This document shows, piece by piece, positions 8,712-17,661 of a DNA stretch of 64,000 bases. This stretch comes from Candidatus Kaiserbacteria bacterium. Its GTDB lineage: Bacteria; Patescibacteriota; Minisyncoccia; Phycocordibacterales; Phycocordibacteraceae. The first letter of the stretch is position 1, and the number at the start of each line of letters is the position of its first letter. The notes beneath the pieces were generated by a model. The model saw only the letters and a program-made list of their open reading frames with translations. It was not told where the DNA came from and did no database searches. The stretch spans positions 7,276-71,275 of the forward strand of contig CAWEXP010000010.1 in the NCBI GenBank assembly GCA_963813065.1, given 5' to 3'. The position numbers were made by a program, and so were the translations under genes.

Positions 8712-9536
8712 ATGGCAAGCCCTTTTGATGAAATCAGTGTTCGCGTTCTCGCACGTACGCAGGTTGACCGCTCCGCCGTTCGCGAATGGCTCGATGAGAT
8801 GGGCGCCGACGAGTTCGAGATTCCGTCCGAAGAGGCGGTCTCCGATCCAGCACTTCTCGTCGCACTTGCCGCGAAGCAGTGTTATATGGCATTTCAGCCC
8901 GGCTTGAATCCGAACGTAACGAAAGTTCGTGCAGACATGGTCGATTACCTCGACAATGTGCTCAAACAGAAACATGGCTCGGTCCTCGAACACTCGGTCT
9001 TCACCTTCGGCATCAACGGCTGTTCACGCGTCTTCACGGGTGAGATGAATCGGCATCGCGCAGGCGTCGGCATCTCCGAGCGGAGCATGCGCTACATCCG
9101 GTACACCGACATCAAGTTTTGGATGCCAGAGTGTTTTCGCGAGCATCCGGATGATACGGCGGAAGTTTCCCGCAAGAAGTGGGAAAGCCGGGTACTCCTG
9201 ACCGACGAATTCGAGAGCCAAGAACGTCTGATGTCGAATCTGGCTGACGTGTGGAAGGAAGAACTTGCGCCTGGCAGCTCCTTCCACAATAAGAAAGTAC
9301 TCACGTCTGCCTTTCGCCGCGGAATCGGCATGGGCATTGCCACGGGCGGCGTTTGGACCCTCAATGCACGCGCGCTTCGCCACGTCATTGCGTTGCGTAC
9401 CGATGCCGGAGCTGAAGAGGAGATTGTGCATGTATGTCGGAAGATTGGTCGGATCATGGTTGAGGAGGTTCCCGAGCTCTTTGGCGACTTCCAAGACGTG
9501 AACGGCGTGTTCGTCCCCAAATACGCGAAAGTGTGA
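8712..9536 (+). CDS. thyX: FAD-dependent thymidylate synthase ThyX
   Basis: ThyX RHRX7S signature (RHRAGVGISERS) plus conserved HGSVLEHSVFTF. Confidence 0.85.
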   Translation: MASPFDEISVRVLARTQVDRSAVREWLDEMGADEFEIPSEEAVSDPALLVALAAKQCYMAFQPGLNPNVTKVRADMVDYLDNVLKQKHGSVLEHSVFTFGINGCSRVFTGEMNRHRAGVGISERSMRYIRYTDIKFWMPECFREHPDDTAEVSRKKWESRVLLTDEFESQERLMSNLADVWKEELAPGSSFHNKKVLTSAFRRGIGMGIATGGVWTLNARALRHVIALRTDAGAEEEIVHVCRKIGRIMVEEVPELFGDFQDVNGVFVPKYAKV

Positions 9537-9542
9537 ATTCAC

Positions 9543-9576
9543 GCGCGGCTCCGGCCGCGCGTTTTTGCTTTTTTAT
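9543..9576 (+). terminator. rho-independent terminator
   Basis: CGCGCGGC-TCCG-GCCGCGCG hairpin followed by a T-rich run. Confidence 0.65.
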
Positions 9577-9622
9577 TGGCGGAGCGGTACGGTGGAGAAC
9601 GGATTCACCATGGAGGTTGTCG

Positions 9623-10297
9623 ATGTTGGACTACCATCTACACGTGCCAGACCCTTCGCTGGGCCGGTTCATTGCATTCGAAGGAGGCGAGGGCTCGGGC
9701 AAATCTACGCAGATGAACTTGTTGCGAGAACGTTCGTCGGTGTTGTTCCCACATGAAGCGTTCATCTTCACTCGTGAACCCGGAGGCTCTCTCTTCGCCG
9801 AAAAGGCTCGAACGCTCCTCGTCTCGGACGATGCGGCTGATCTCGACGGCATTACCCAGCTTTTGCTCGTCGGCTCGGGGCGTGCGGATCATCTCCGTCG
9901 CGTCATTGAGCCGAGCCTCAAGGCCGGGAAGAATGTCGTGACGGACCGATTCGTTCCGTCGACCTTCAACTACCAGTTCTTTTCGTCCGATACGCCGGTT
10001 CTCGAAGCGTTCTTCTGGCAGTACTGCAAAACCCTGAAGTATCTGCCGCACGTCACGCTCATTTTCGACATCGACCCAAAGCTTGGTGCCGAACGTGCCG
10101 CGCGTCGGCGAAATCAGGCCGTCTCGCACTTCGATGCGCGCCGGCTTGAATTCCATGAGAAGGTGCGCGAAGGCTATTTGACCTGGAGCCGGATGTTCCC
10201 GCAGTATTGCGAGATTATCGATGCTGGTTTGTCAGAAGAAGAGGTGCACGAACAGGTTGTCACCTGCCTGAGCGCACTCTGTACGCGCACAAACTAG
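9623..10297 (+). CDS. tmk: thymidylate kinase
   Basis: P-loop FIAFEGGEGSGKSTQ at the N-terminus. GGAGG RBS sits 6 nt upstream of the ATG at 9623. Confidence 0.85.
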   Translation: MLDYHLHVPDPSLGRFIAFEGGEGSGKSTQMNLLRERSSVLFPHEAFIFTREPGGSLFAEKARTLLVSDDAADLDGITQLLLVGSGRADHLRRVIEPSLKAGKNVVTDRFVPSTFNYQFFSSDTPVLEAFFWQYCKTLKYLPHVTLIFDIDPKLGAERAARRRNQAVSHFDARRLEFHEKVREGYLTWSRMFPQYCEIIDAGLSEEEVHEQVVTCLSALCTRTN

Positions 10298-10306
10298 CAG
10301 CGCCAA

Positions 10307-10338
10307 CCCCGCGACACGTGTCGCGGGCTTTCTTTTGG
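10307..10338 (+). terminator. rho-independent terminator
   Basis: CCCCGCGACA-CG-TGTCGCGGG hairpin followed by CTTTCTTTTGG. Confidence 0.6.
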
Positions 10339-10400
10339 CAGCACTTGCATTTATTGAATAAGTGTGATATTAAATAATGAGGCCAACGTAGGAGGATTGA

Positions 10401-10934
10401 ATGGAGTCCAATAGCCATGAACAGGAACACGTCCAGCTAGCACTCAAACTGCTGTCATTTCTCGATCGCCCAGGACAGGGGACGCGTCGCGTTGTGGAAG
10501 CGGCAATGAGAATCGACCCGATGTGGGCTCTCTATGCTGAGGACTTGGCGATATCGTTGATTAGCGGCGACGAAACAATATGGGCAAAGTTGCTCGCGGG
10601 AGTCTTTCGTCCCGAATACCGCTTCATCAGGCGCTATCCCCGCAATGAATTCGGCATCGACTGGTCGAAAGGCGAGAAGCTTGATCTCTACGTGGTATTC
10701 AAAGCATTTTCGCCCTTTGCGGACAACGTTCTAATGTTCTTTCCCATGCAAGAAGGTCTCGCCGAGATGTGCGAAGAAGTCTTGCACAAGTCTCAGTGGT
10801 GTTCCGACTACGACGAGTTTATGTTCGTCGCGGAAGATACGGCATCTGGGCAGAAGATACGCCCGATATGGATTCGCCCGAAGCCCGGCTCACCCTTAGC
10901 AGACCAGCGAACAGGGCCAGCCATTACCGTATAA
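10401..10934 (+). CDS. hypothetical protein (lower-GC gene)
   Basis: AGGAGG RBS and ATG. 177 aa with no family recognised. Codon composition is visibly less GC-rich than its neighbours. Confidence 0.5.
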   Translation: MESNSHEQEHVQLALKLLSFLDRPGQGTRRVVEAAMRIDPMWALYAEDLAISLISGDETIWAKLLAGVFRPEYRFIRRYPRNEFGIDWSKGEKLDLYVVFKAFSPFADNVLMFFPMQEGLAEMCEEVLHKSQWCSDYDEFMFVAEDTASGQKIRPIWIRPKPGSPLADQRTGPAITV

Positions 10935-10940
10935 CCGTTT

Positions 10941-11013
10941 GCCCGCCTCCTCGGAGGCGGGTTTTTCTATCACATGCCTCGAATTCGCCCGCCTCTTCGG
11001 AGGCGGGCTTTTT
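10941..11013 (+). terminator. tandem duplicated terminator hairpins
   Basis: Two near-identical GCCCGCCTC(C/T)TCGGAGGCGGG hairpins (10941-10966 and 10986-11013), each followed by TTTTT. Confidence 0.6.
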
Positions 11014-11029
11014 CATTGGCGCACGTGGT

Positions 11030-12709
11030 ATGCTCGCGGATATGGAGGAGAAGATACGAAAAGCAGTTGCGGAGGCACTCGAAAAGACCGGCGCAGGGGC
11101 GGTCGCGTTTAACGTCGAGCGGCCGACCGAGCTCGCCTTCGGCGATTATGCGACCAACGCGGCTATGGTCGCCGCAAAACAATTGAAGCAGAATCCGCGC
11201 GAGCTCGCGGACTCGCTCGCGCGCGCCCTCGAAGATTCGCTTGGCGACGAGATTGCAAAAATCGACGTCGCTGGGCCGGGCTTCATTAATTTCACTCTCG
11301 CGTCGAGCGTTGTTCGATTCCAGGTCGCGGAAGCGGTGACGAAGGGTGCGGCGTGGGGAAGGGGCGATGTTCTCGTGGGAAAAAAGATTTTGATTGAAAA
11401 AAGTGCACCAAATCTCTTCAAGCCATTTCACATCGGGCACCTCGTGAACATTTCAATCGGGGAGTCCTTGTCTCGACTGATGCGTAGCGCGGGAGGCAAC
11501 GTCACCGATGTGGCATATCCTTCTGATATTTCGCTTGGCGTCGCCAAGGCGGTCTGGGCAATTCTCGATAAAAAGATTCAGGACAACCTCACTATTAATC
11601 TCATCGGGGAGTGTTACGCGTACGGGACGAAAGCGTACGAAGAGAGAGAAGAAGTGCAGCGCGAAATTATTGAGATAAATCAGAAACTGAACGCCGCACA
11701 GCCCGGCCCAGAGTGGGATGCGTACCAGAAGGGGAAAGAGCTTAATCTCTCCTACTTCAAACAAATTACCGCGCGCCTCGGCTCCGATTTTGCCGACTAC
11801 TTCTTCGAGAGCGAGTCGGGGCGGGTTGGGAAAGGAATCGTGGAAGCGCACATCGGCGACGTATTCGAGAAATCGAATGGGGCAGTTATCTTCCCGGGCG
11901 AGAAATACGGACTGCATACCCGCGTGTTCATAACCTCGCAGGGGCTACCGGTCTACGAGGCTAAGGATATCGGTCTCTTGAAGTTGAAGTTTGATAAATA
12001 TAATCCCGATCAATCCTTCGTGTTCACCGACGTTGAACAAAAGCAATATTTTGAAGTAATTAAGCAGGCCGCATCGCTCATCAATCTCGCATGGGGCGAG
12101 CATTCGACCTATTGGCAGCATGGGCGCTTGCGGTTGGTCAGCGGGAAGATCTCTTCGCGGTACGGCAACGTTCCTCTTGCCGAGGACCTTGTTGATCAGG
12201 TGAAAGCACTCGTCTTGGCGAAAATCGAGACTTCCGCACATAAAGAAAATCCGGGAAACGAAATCATCGAGCAAATTGCGATCGGCGCACTCAAGTTTGC
12301 ATTTCTACGCAGTGCTCCGGGCAGTAATATTGTCTTCGACTTCGACCAATCACTCTCGCTCGAGGGTGACTCGGGGCCGTACTTACAATACGCACTTGTG
12401 CGCGCGAAGAAAATCTTGGCCTATGCTGGCGGCGAAGGGGGTACCGAGGTGCCGGACGCGCCCTACGCGATCGAACGCGTGCTCGTGCATTATCCCGAGG
12501 TGGTAGCGCGTGCGGCGCGCGAGCTTGCACCAAACTTGCTCGTAAATTATTTGACCGAACTCGCCGCGGCCTGGAATTCTTTTTACGGGAGCGAACAAAT
12601 TCTCGGCTCGCCCGAAGAGTCCTATAAACAGGAAGTCGCACGCGCCTTCGCGCAGACGATGGTAAATGGTCTCGCGCTCCTCGGCATCCCCGCGCCCGAG
12701 AAGATGTGA
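11030..12709 (+). CDS. argS: arginine--tRNA ligase
   Basis: Class I HIGH motif (PFHIGHL), N-terminal anticodon-binding add-1 region and C-terminal DALR-like domain. 559 aa. Confidence 0.9.
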   Translation: MLADMEEKIRKAVAEALEKTGAGAVAFNVERPTELAFGDYATNAAMVAAKQLKQNPRELADSLARALEDSLGDEIAKIDVAGPGFINFTLASSVVRFQVAEAVTKGAAWGRGDVLVGKKILIEKSAPNLFKPFHIGHLVNISIGESLSRLMRSAGGNVTDVAYPSDISLGVAKAVWAILDKKIQDNLTINLIGECYAYGTKAYEEREEVQREIIEINQKLNAAQPGPEWDAYQKGKELNLSYFKQITARLGSDFADYFFESESGRVGKGIVEAHIGDVFEKSNGAVIFPGEKYGLHTRVFITSQGLPVYEAKDIGLLKLKFDKYNPDQSFVFTDVEQKQYFEVIKQAASLINLAWGEHSTYWQHGRLRLVSGKISSRYGNVPLAEDLVDQVKALVLAKIETSAHKENPGNEIIEQIAIGALKFAFLRSAPGSNIVFDFDQSLSLEGDSGPYLQYALVRAKKILAYAGGEGGTEVPDAPYAIERVLVHYPEVVARAARELAPNLLVNYLTELAAAWNSFYGSEQILGSPEESYKQEVARAFAQTMVNGLALLGIPAPEKM

Positions 12710-13027
12710 TTGCACAAAGGCCCTAAGAGCGGTATCTTCTCGAGCAGGTGTAACCCAAGCAGAAGGGCTTTCATGAGACAAGAACTGCCGATGACCACGA
12801 CCGTACGCGATTCTCTCCGCGAACATTGTGGAGGGCCGCTGATTGATTTCGATCAAGCGCCGCCGCCGAGGCTGGAAGACATTGTCTTAACTGTGGCAGA
12901 TCTGAATCCCAAACCCATTCGCCCCAAAGGCAGGAGTGGCCTCCGCCCGCGCGGTGGCAGAGATCACATGAGCATACGGCGGCCTCGTGGGGCACGTCGG
13001 GCCCGATAGCGAAACCGATTATATTCT

Positions 13028-13059
13028 CGCGCCCACTCGGGGCGCGGTTTCTTTTTTGG
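13028..13059 (+). terminator. terminator / possible attenuator hairpin 24 nt upstream of the ileS start
   Basis: CGCGCCC-ACTC-GGGGCGCG hairpin followed by GTTTCTTTTTTGG. It lies at the 3' end of a ~310 nt non-coding stretch (12710-13027). Confidence 0.5.
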
Positions 13060-13082
13060 CTTATAAACGCTACTCTATTCAC

Positions 13083-16000
13083 ATGCCAGACGTCGAGAAA
13101 TCGGAGGTCGCAAAGAAAGAGGAGGAAACCCTCGCTTTCTGGGAGCGTGAGCACATTTTCGAGAAGTCACTCGCTCAGCCAGCACCGAAGGGAGATTTTG
13201 TTTTCTATGATGGCCCGCCCTTTGCTACTGGTCTTCCACACTACGGCCATATCGTGGCGAGTGTAATCAAGGACGCCATTCCACGTTACAAGACGATGCA
13301 GGGGTATCGTGTGCCGCGCCGGTGGGGCTGGGACACGCACGGTCTCCCAATTGAAAATGTGGTCGAAAAGGAGCTTGGCTTCACACACAAGAAGGACATC
13401 AAGCAGTATGGTGTCGAGAAGTTTAACGAGCGATGTCGCGAGCTCGTGCTCGGATATGTCGGTGAATGGAAGAAAATTATTCCGCGCATCGGGCGCTTCG
13501 TCGACATGGAGCATTCGTACACCACCATGGATGCATCCTTCATGGAGAGCGTGTGGTGGGTTTTCAAACAGATATACGACAAGGGTCTGGTGTATGAGGA
13601 CTATCGCTCGATGCATATCTGTCCGCGGTGCGAGACGACGCTCTCGCAACAGGAAGTGGCCGAGGGGTACAAAGATGTAAAAGACATTTCGGTGACGGTG
13701 AAGTTCAAGGTTACGAACCCCGAGAAGCTCGGCCTCTCGGGCGACGTGTACCTTCTCGCATGGACGACCACACCGTGGACACTGCCGGGCAATGTTGCTC
13801 TCGCCGTTGGCAAGGAAACACCAATCGCGCCGTTTGTGTATGTGGCATGGAAAGAAAATAATGAAACAGTCATTACATCGGCGGCTTATTATGCGAAGTT
13901 GAAAGGCGCAGCGATGACTCCTGGATCAGTTTTGTTTGGGCCGCAAGACCTCATTGGCCTCGAATACGAACCACCATTCGACTACTACAAAAAAGATGCG
14001 AATTTGAAGAACAGAGAGAACGGTTGGAAAGTGTATGCCGCAGATTTCGTCACGACCGACACGGGCACCGGCATTGTGCATATCGCACCCGCCTTTGGTG
14101 AAGACGATATGGTGCTCGGCAAAGAGAAGAATCTGCCTTTCGTACAGCATGTCGCCTACGATGGCACGATGCGACCGGAGGTGACTGACTTCGCTGGTCA
14201 GCCCGTGAAGCCACGCTCGGACGATGACAAAGTGCGCCTCGGTACTGACATTGCAGTGATCAAATATCTGCAGGAGCACGGAACCTTCTTCTCGAAAGAG
14301 AATATTGTGCACAGCTATCCGCACTGTTGGCGTTGCGACACACCGCTTTTGAATTATGCGACGACCTCATGGTTTGTAGAAGTAACAGCGCTCAAGAACG
14401 AACTTATTGAACATGCGAAAAAAATTAACTGGACGCCCGCGCATGTTAAGGACGGACGCTTCGGCAAGTGGCTTGAAGGTGCGCGCGATTGGTCCATCTC
14501 GCGCCAACGCTTCTGGGCGAGTGTCATTCCACTCTGGAAGGATGCGGCGGGGGGGATTACTGCCATTGGGTCGGTCGAAGAATTAAAAAAGCACACCAAG
14601 AAGTCGGGCAATACGTATTTCGTGATGCGGCACGGCGAGGCCGAGCACAATGTCGCAGACATTTTGAACGGGGAAGATCGCGGCCGTTATCCACTCACTG
14701 CCGAGGGCCGTGCGCAGGCAATCGCGGCGGCGAACGTTCTCGCGGGCGAGCGGGTCGGTGCCATATATGCCTCGCCATTTCTTCGTGCGCAGGAAACCGC
14801 GAAAATAATCGCACAGAAGCTGGGTATCCCCGAGACCGCCATCATCACCGACGACCGATTGCGTGAACTCGGCTTCGGCACGCTCGAGGGCACGAGCTAT
14901 AAAAAGTTTCTCGCGTATCGCGATACGCATCCGATCGGCTTCGACGAGCCGGTCGCTCTCGGCGGCGAGAGTTACCAGCATGCGAAGAATCGTTTCGCGG
15001 AGTTTCTCTACGAGCTTGAACGCTCTGTCTCGCATAAAACGATCTTGGTTATCACGCACGGCATCGGTGTCGAGACGTTCGAGGCGGTCGTCCGCGGGGC
15101 AGGGAAGGAGGAGTCGAAGAAATTACTCGGCCCTTTGCACGCGCACCGCGGCGAATTGCGGAAATTTGATTTTGTCCCACTCCCACACAATGCTAATTAC
15201 GAGCTCGATTTGCACTTGCCGTATATCGATAATGTGCAACTGGTGAACGAGACAGGGGAGCCGCTCATCCGCGTTCCCGACGTGCTCGACACATGGTTTG
15301 ACTCCGGTTCAATGCCCTACGCGCAGGCGCACTATCCGTTTGAACATAAGGATGATTTCGAAAAGACATTCCCGGCACAATTTATCGCCGAGGGTATCGA
15401 TCAGACGCGCGCATGGTTCTACTATCTCCATGTTCTTTCGAGTGCAGCCCTTGATACAAACGCGTTCGAGAATGTCATTGTCAATGGCACCGTGCTCGCA
15501 GAAGACGGTAAGAAGATGTCGAAGAAACTCCAGAATTATCCGGATCCGATGCTACTCGTTGATACGTATGGTGCCGATGCGATGCGTTTCTATCTGCTCG
15601 CATCGCCGGTGGTCGAGGCCGAGAATCTTGCCTTCACCGAGGGCGGTGTTGATGAGGTCGCTAAGAAAAATATCGGGCGCCTGACCAATACGCTCTCATT
15701 TTATGCACTGTTTGCAGATGGCACGCCGGCTTCGCCCACTAGTACTGACCTTCTTGACCGATGGATTTTCACGCGCCTCAAGGAGCTGGTGCAGGAGGCG
15801 ACCGCAGGGTATGAGCGTTATGAACTAGACCGTGCGGTGCGGCCAGTGGCGCTGTTCGTTGACGATCTTTCTGCGTGGTACGTACGCCGTTCGCGGGACC
15901 GTTTCAAAGAAGAAGGGGGAGGGAAGACGGCTGCGCTTGCGACATTACGGTACGTACTGAAAGAGTTTTCGAAAGTGATCGCACCCAGTATGCCCTTTAT

Positions 16001-16496
16001 CGCCGAACAGATTTTTCAGAATGTACGTGAGGAAAAGGATTCGCAGAGCGTGCACCTTGCCGAATGGCCCGAGGCACTCGGTATTTCGGCCGAAGAAAAA
16101 ATATTCGTCGCGCAGATGGGACGCGTTCGTGAGATTGCCTCGGCGGCGTTACAGCTACGCCAAAAGGCGAATATAAAAGTGCGACAGCCGCTCGCGAAAC
16201 TCTCTATTCCGGACGGAGACACTCTTTCAGAGGAACTTCTGCAGATTATCGCTGATGAGGTGAATGTGGAAAAAGTAATTCCCGGAGGCGCGAAGGAAAT
16301 AGTGCTCGACACCGATCTTACTCCCGAACTCGTTCTGGCGGGCGACAAACGCGAGATTGTCCGCGCTGTTGCTGAAGCGCGCAAGGCGGAAGGACTTTCT
16401 CTTAAAGACAAGGCGCATCACGAAATACGCGCAGGAGGGAAGTACAAAGTGACACTCTCGACTGGCGCTGTAGAGTTCGACCTCGTCCGCGAATAA
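13083..16496 (+). CDS. ileS: isoleucine--tRNA ligase with inserted histidine-phosphatase domain
   Basis: HYGH (HIGH-class) and KMSKK motifs, CP1 editing region, WSISRQRFW and DTWFDSGS landmarks. 1137 aa, because of a ~230 aa in-frame insertion. Confidence 0.9.
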   Translation: MPDVEKSEVAKKEEETLAFWEREHIFEKSLAQPAPKGDFVFYDGPPFATGLPHYGHIVASVIKDAIPRYKTMQGYRVPRRWGWDTHGLPIENVVEKELGFTHKKDIKQYGVEKFNERCRELVLGYVGEWKKIIPRIGRFVDMEHSYTTMDASFMESVWWVFKQIYDKGLVYEDYRSMHICPRCETTLSQQEVAEGYKDVKDISVTVKFKVTNPEKLGLSGDVYLLAWTTTPWTLPGNVALAVGKETPIAPFVYVAWKENNETVITSAAYYAKLKGAAMTPGSVLFGPQDLIGLEYEPPFDYYKKDANLKNRENGWKVYAADFVTTDTGTGIVHIAPAFGEDDMVLGKEKNLPFVQHVAYDGTMRPEVTDFAGQPVKPRSDDDKVRLGTDIAVIKYLQEHGTFFSKENIVHSYPHCWRCDTPLLNYATTSWFVEVTALKNELIEHAKKINWTPAHVKDGRFGKWLEGARDWSISRQRFWASVIPLWKDAAGGITAIGSVEELKKHTKKSGNTYFVMRHGEAEHNVADILNGEDRGRYPLTAEGRAQAIAAANVLAGERVGAIYASPFLRAQETAKIIAQKLGIPETAIITDDRLRELGFGTLEGTSYKKFLAYRDTHPIGFDEPVALGGESYQHAKNRFAEFLYELERSVSHKTILVITHGIGVETFEAVVRGAGKEESKKLLGPLHAHRGELRKFDFVPLPHNANYELDLHLPYIDNVQLVNETGEPLIRVPDVLDTWFDSGSMPYAQAHYPFEHKDDFEKTFPAQFIAEGIDQTRAWFYYLHVLSSAALDTNAFENVIVNGTVLAEDGKKMSKKLQNYPDPMLLVDTYGADAMRFYLLASPVVEAENLAFTEGGVDEVAKKNIGRLTNTLSFYALFADGTPASPTSTDLLDRWIFTRLKELVQEATAGYERYELDRAVRPVALFVDDLSAWYVRRSRDRFKEEGGGKTAALATLRYVLKEFSKVIAPSMPFIAEQIFQNVREEKDSQSVHLAEWPEALGISAEEKIFVAQMGRVREIASAALQLRQKANIKVRQPLAKLSIPDGDTLSEELLQIIADEVNVEKVIPGGAKEIVLDTDLTPELVLAGDKREIVRAVAEARKAEGLSLKDKAHHEIRAGGKYKVTLSTGAVEFDLVRE
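14590..15130 (+). other. inserted histidine phosphatase (phosphoglycerate-mutase-like) domain inside ileS
   Basis: Complete PGAM-family catalytic signature (VMRHGEAEHN ... ITHGIGVE), in-frame between the WSISRQR and DVLDTWFDSGS segments of IleRS. Confidence 0.6.
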
Positions 16497-16536
16497 AGAA
16501 AAAACGACGCGAAACAATGTTCGCGCCGCTCTTTAT

Positions 16537-17001
16537 TCAACACACCGCATCTCGTTTCGTCCATTCCATCCAGATGCGTGGCGTGCCGCTTTCTTCGTAG
16601 TTCTCGATGGCTGGTCGGTCGGCTTTGGTGAATCCGACTCTTTCGTAGAGGGCAATTGCAGGGATATTGTGAGGATGTACCACCAGATCCACTTGTCGCA
16701 CTGTCGCATGCTGTGAGAGCACCATACAAAGAACGCTCCTGCTTATGCCCTTGTGCTCATTGCCTGGGAGCGTTGCCACCTGACTGATGTAGAGATGTTG
16801 ATCCTGAAAATTGTAGGAAAAGAGTCCGACTGGCTTCGCTTTGCTCATCAGGAAGAACACGTTCTCTCCCGGCTTATTAAGCTCGTCGAGAACATCGTCT
16901 TCTGATTCCGCCATGAGGTTATACGGAGTGACGACTGTTCGCCCAAGTTCGCAGTATTGTCGTGCGGTTTCAAGGCCGACTCGTTGCATGCTAATTTTCA
17001 T
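16537..17001 (-). CDS. GNAT family N-acetyltransferase
   Basis: GNAT fold motifs (HHLYISQVATLPGNEHKGISRSVLCMVL ... NIPAIALYERVGF). GGAGG RBS sits 5 nt before the ATG at 17001. Lower GC than neighbours. Confidence 0.7.
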   Translation of the reverse strand: MKISMQRVGLETARQYCELGRTVVTPYNLMAESEDDVLDELNKPGENVFFLMSKAKPVGLFSYNFQDQHLYISQVATLPGNEHKGISRSVLCMVLSQHATVRQVDLVVHPHNIPAIALYERVGFTKADRPAIENYEESGTPRIWMEWTKRDAVC

Positions 17002-17097
17002 GAGAACCTCCAAAGATGATCTGCCATGATGGTGACACACTATAAGACTTATAGCAATGGTGATTTGGTATGACGTATCATCAGTCGATGCAAGGGT

Positions 17098-17661
17098 ATG
17101 CGACATAACTACACGACGCACGCGCTGGTGCTCGCGCGGACGCCACTCGGCGAGGCGAATGGTTTTATTACCATCCTGACCGACGAGCTCGGGCTCCTGC
17201 GCGCGCGAGCGCAGGGGATACGCAAGCCAGGGGCGAAGCTCGCCTCAGCGCTCGCGACCTATGCCGAGAGCATCATGACCCTCGTGCGCGGGCGCGAAGG
17301 GTGGCGCATCACGGGCGCCACGCTCGAGATGCCGTGGTTCACGCGAATAGGAACGCGCGCCGCGCGTACTCGCGCGGCGCGTATCACTGGTCTCGTCTTG
17401 CGTTTGGTCGCGGGCGAGTCGGCAGAGTCTGCTGTTTTCCCCATCCTTACTACCTTTTTCAATGCGCTCGCGATACTGCCTGAAGAATCGCATGAAGCGG
17501 TCGAGGTGCTTACGGCGCTCGCGATTCTTTCCGCTCTCGGGCTCGACGCCGGCGTCAGTGTCCCGCGCACCTTCGACCCCGCGGCACTCGGCGATTTCGC
17601 CGCGCATCGCCGCGACTATATTGCGCGCATCAACCGCGGTATCGAGGCAAGCGGCCTGTGA
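17098..17661 (+). CDS. recO: DNA repair protein RecO
   Basis: N-terminal OB-fold region (ALVLARTPLGEANGFITILTDELGLLRARAQGIRKPG) typical of RecO. ~187 aa. Confidence 0.65.
   Translation: MRHNYTTHALVLARTPLGEANGFITILTDELGLLRARAQGIRKPGAKLASALATYAESIMTLVRGREGWRITGATLEMPWFTRIGTRAARTRAARITGLVLRLVAGESAESAVFPILTTFFNALAILPEESHEAVEVLTALAILSALGLDAGVSVPRTFDPAALGDFAAHRRDYIARINRGIEASGL

Noticed and set aside
12710-13009. 99 aa Arg-rich ORF between argS and ileS
   Set aside because: No RBS, Arg/Pro-rich GC-artefact composition, and it lies in the putative ileS leader. Treated as non-coding.
12710-13082. T-box riboswitch call for the ileS leader
   Set aside because: The layout fits, but I could not locate the conserved T-box sequence or a clear specifier loop. 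Reported only as a candidate leader.
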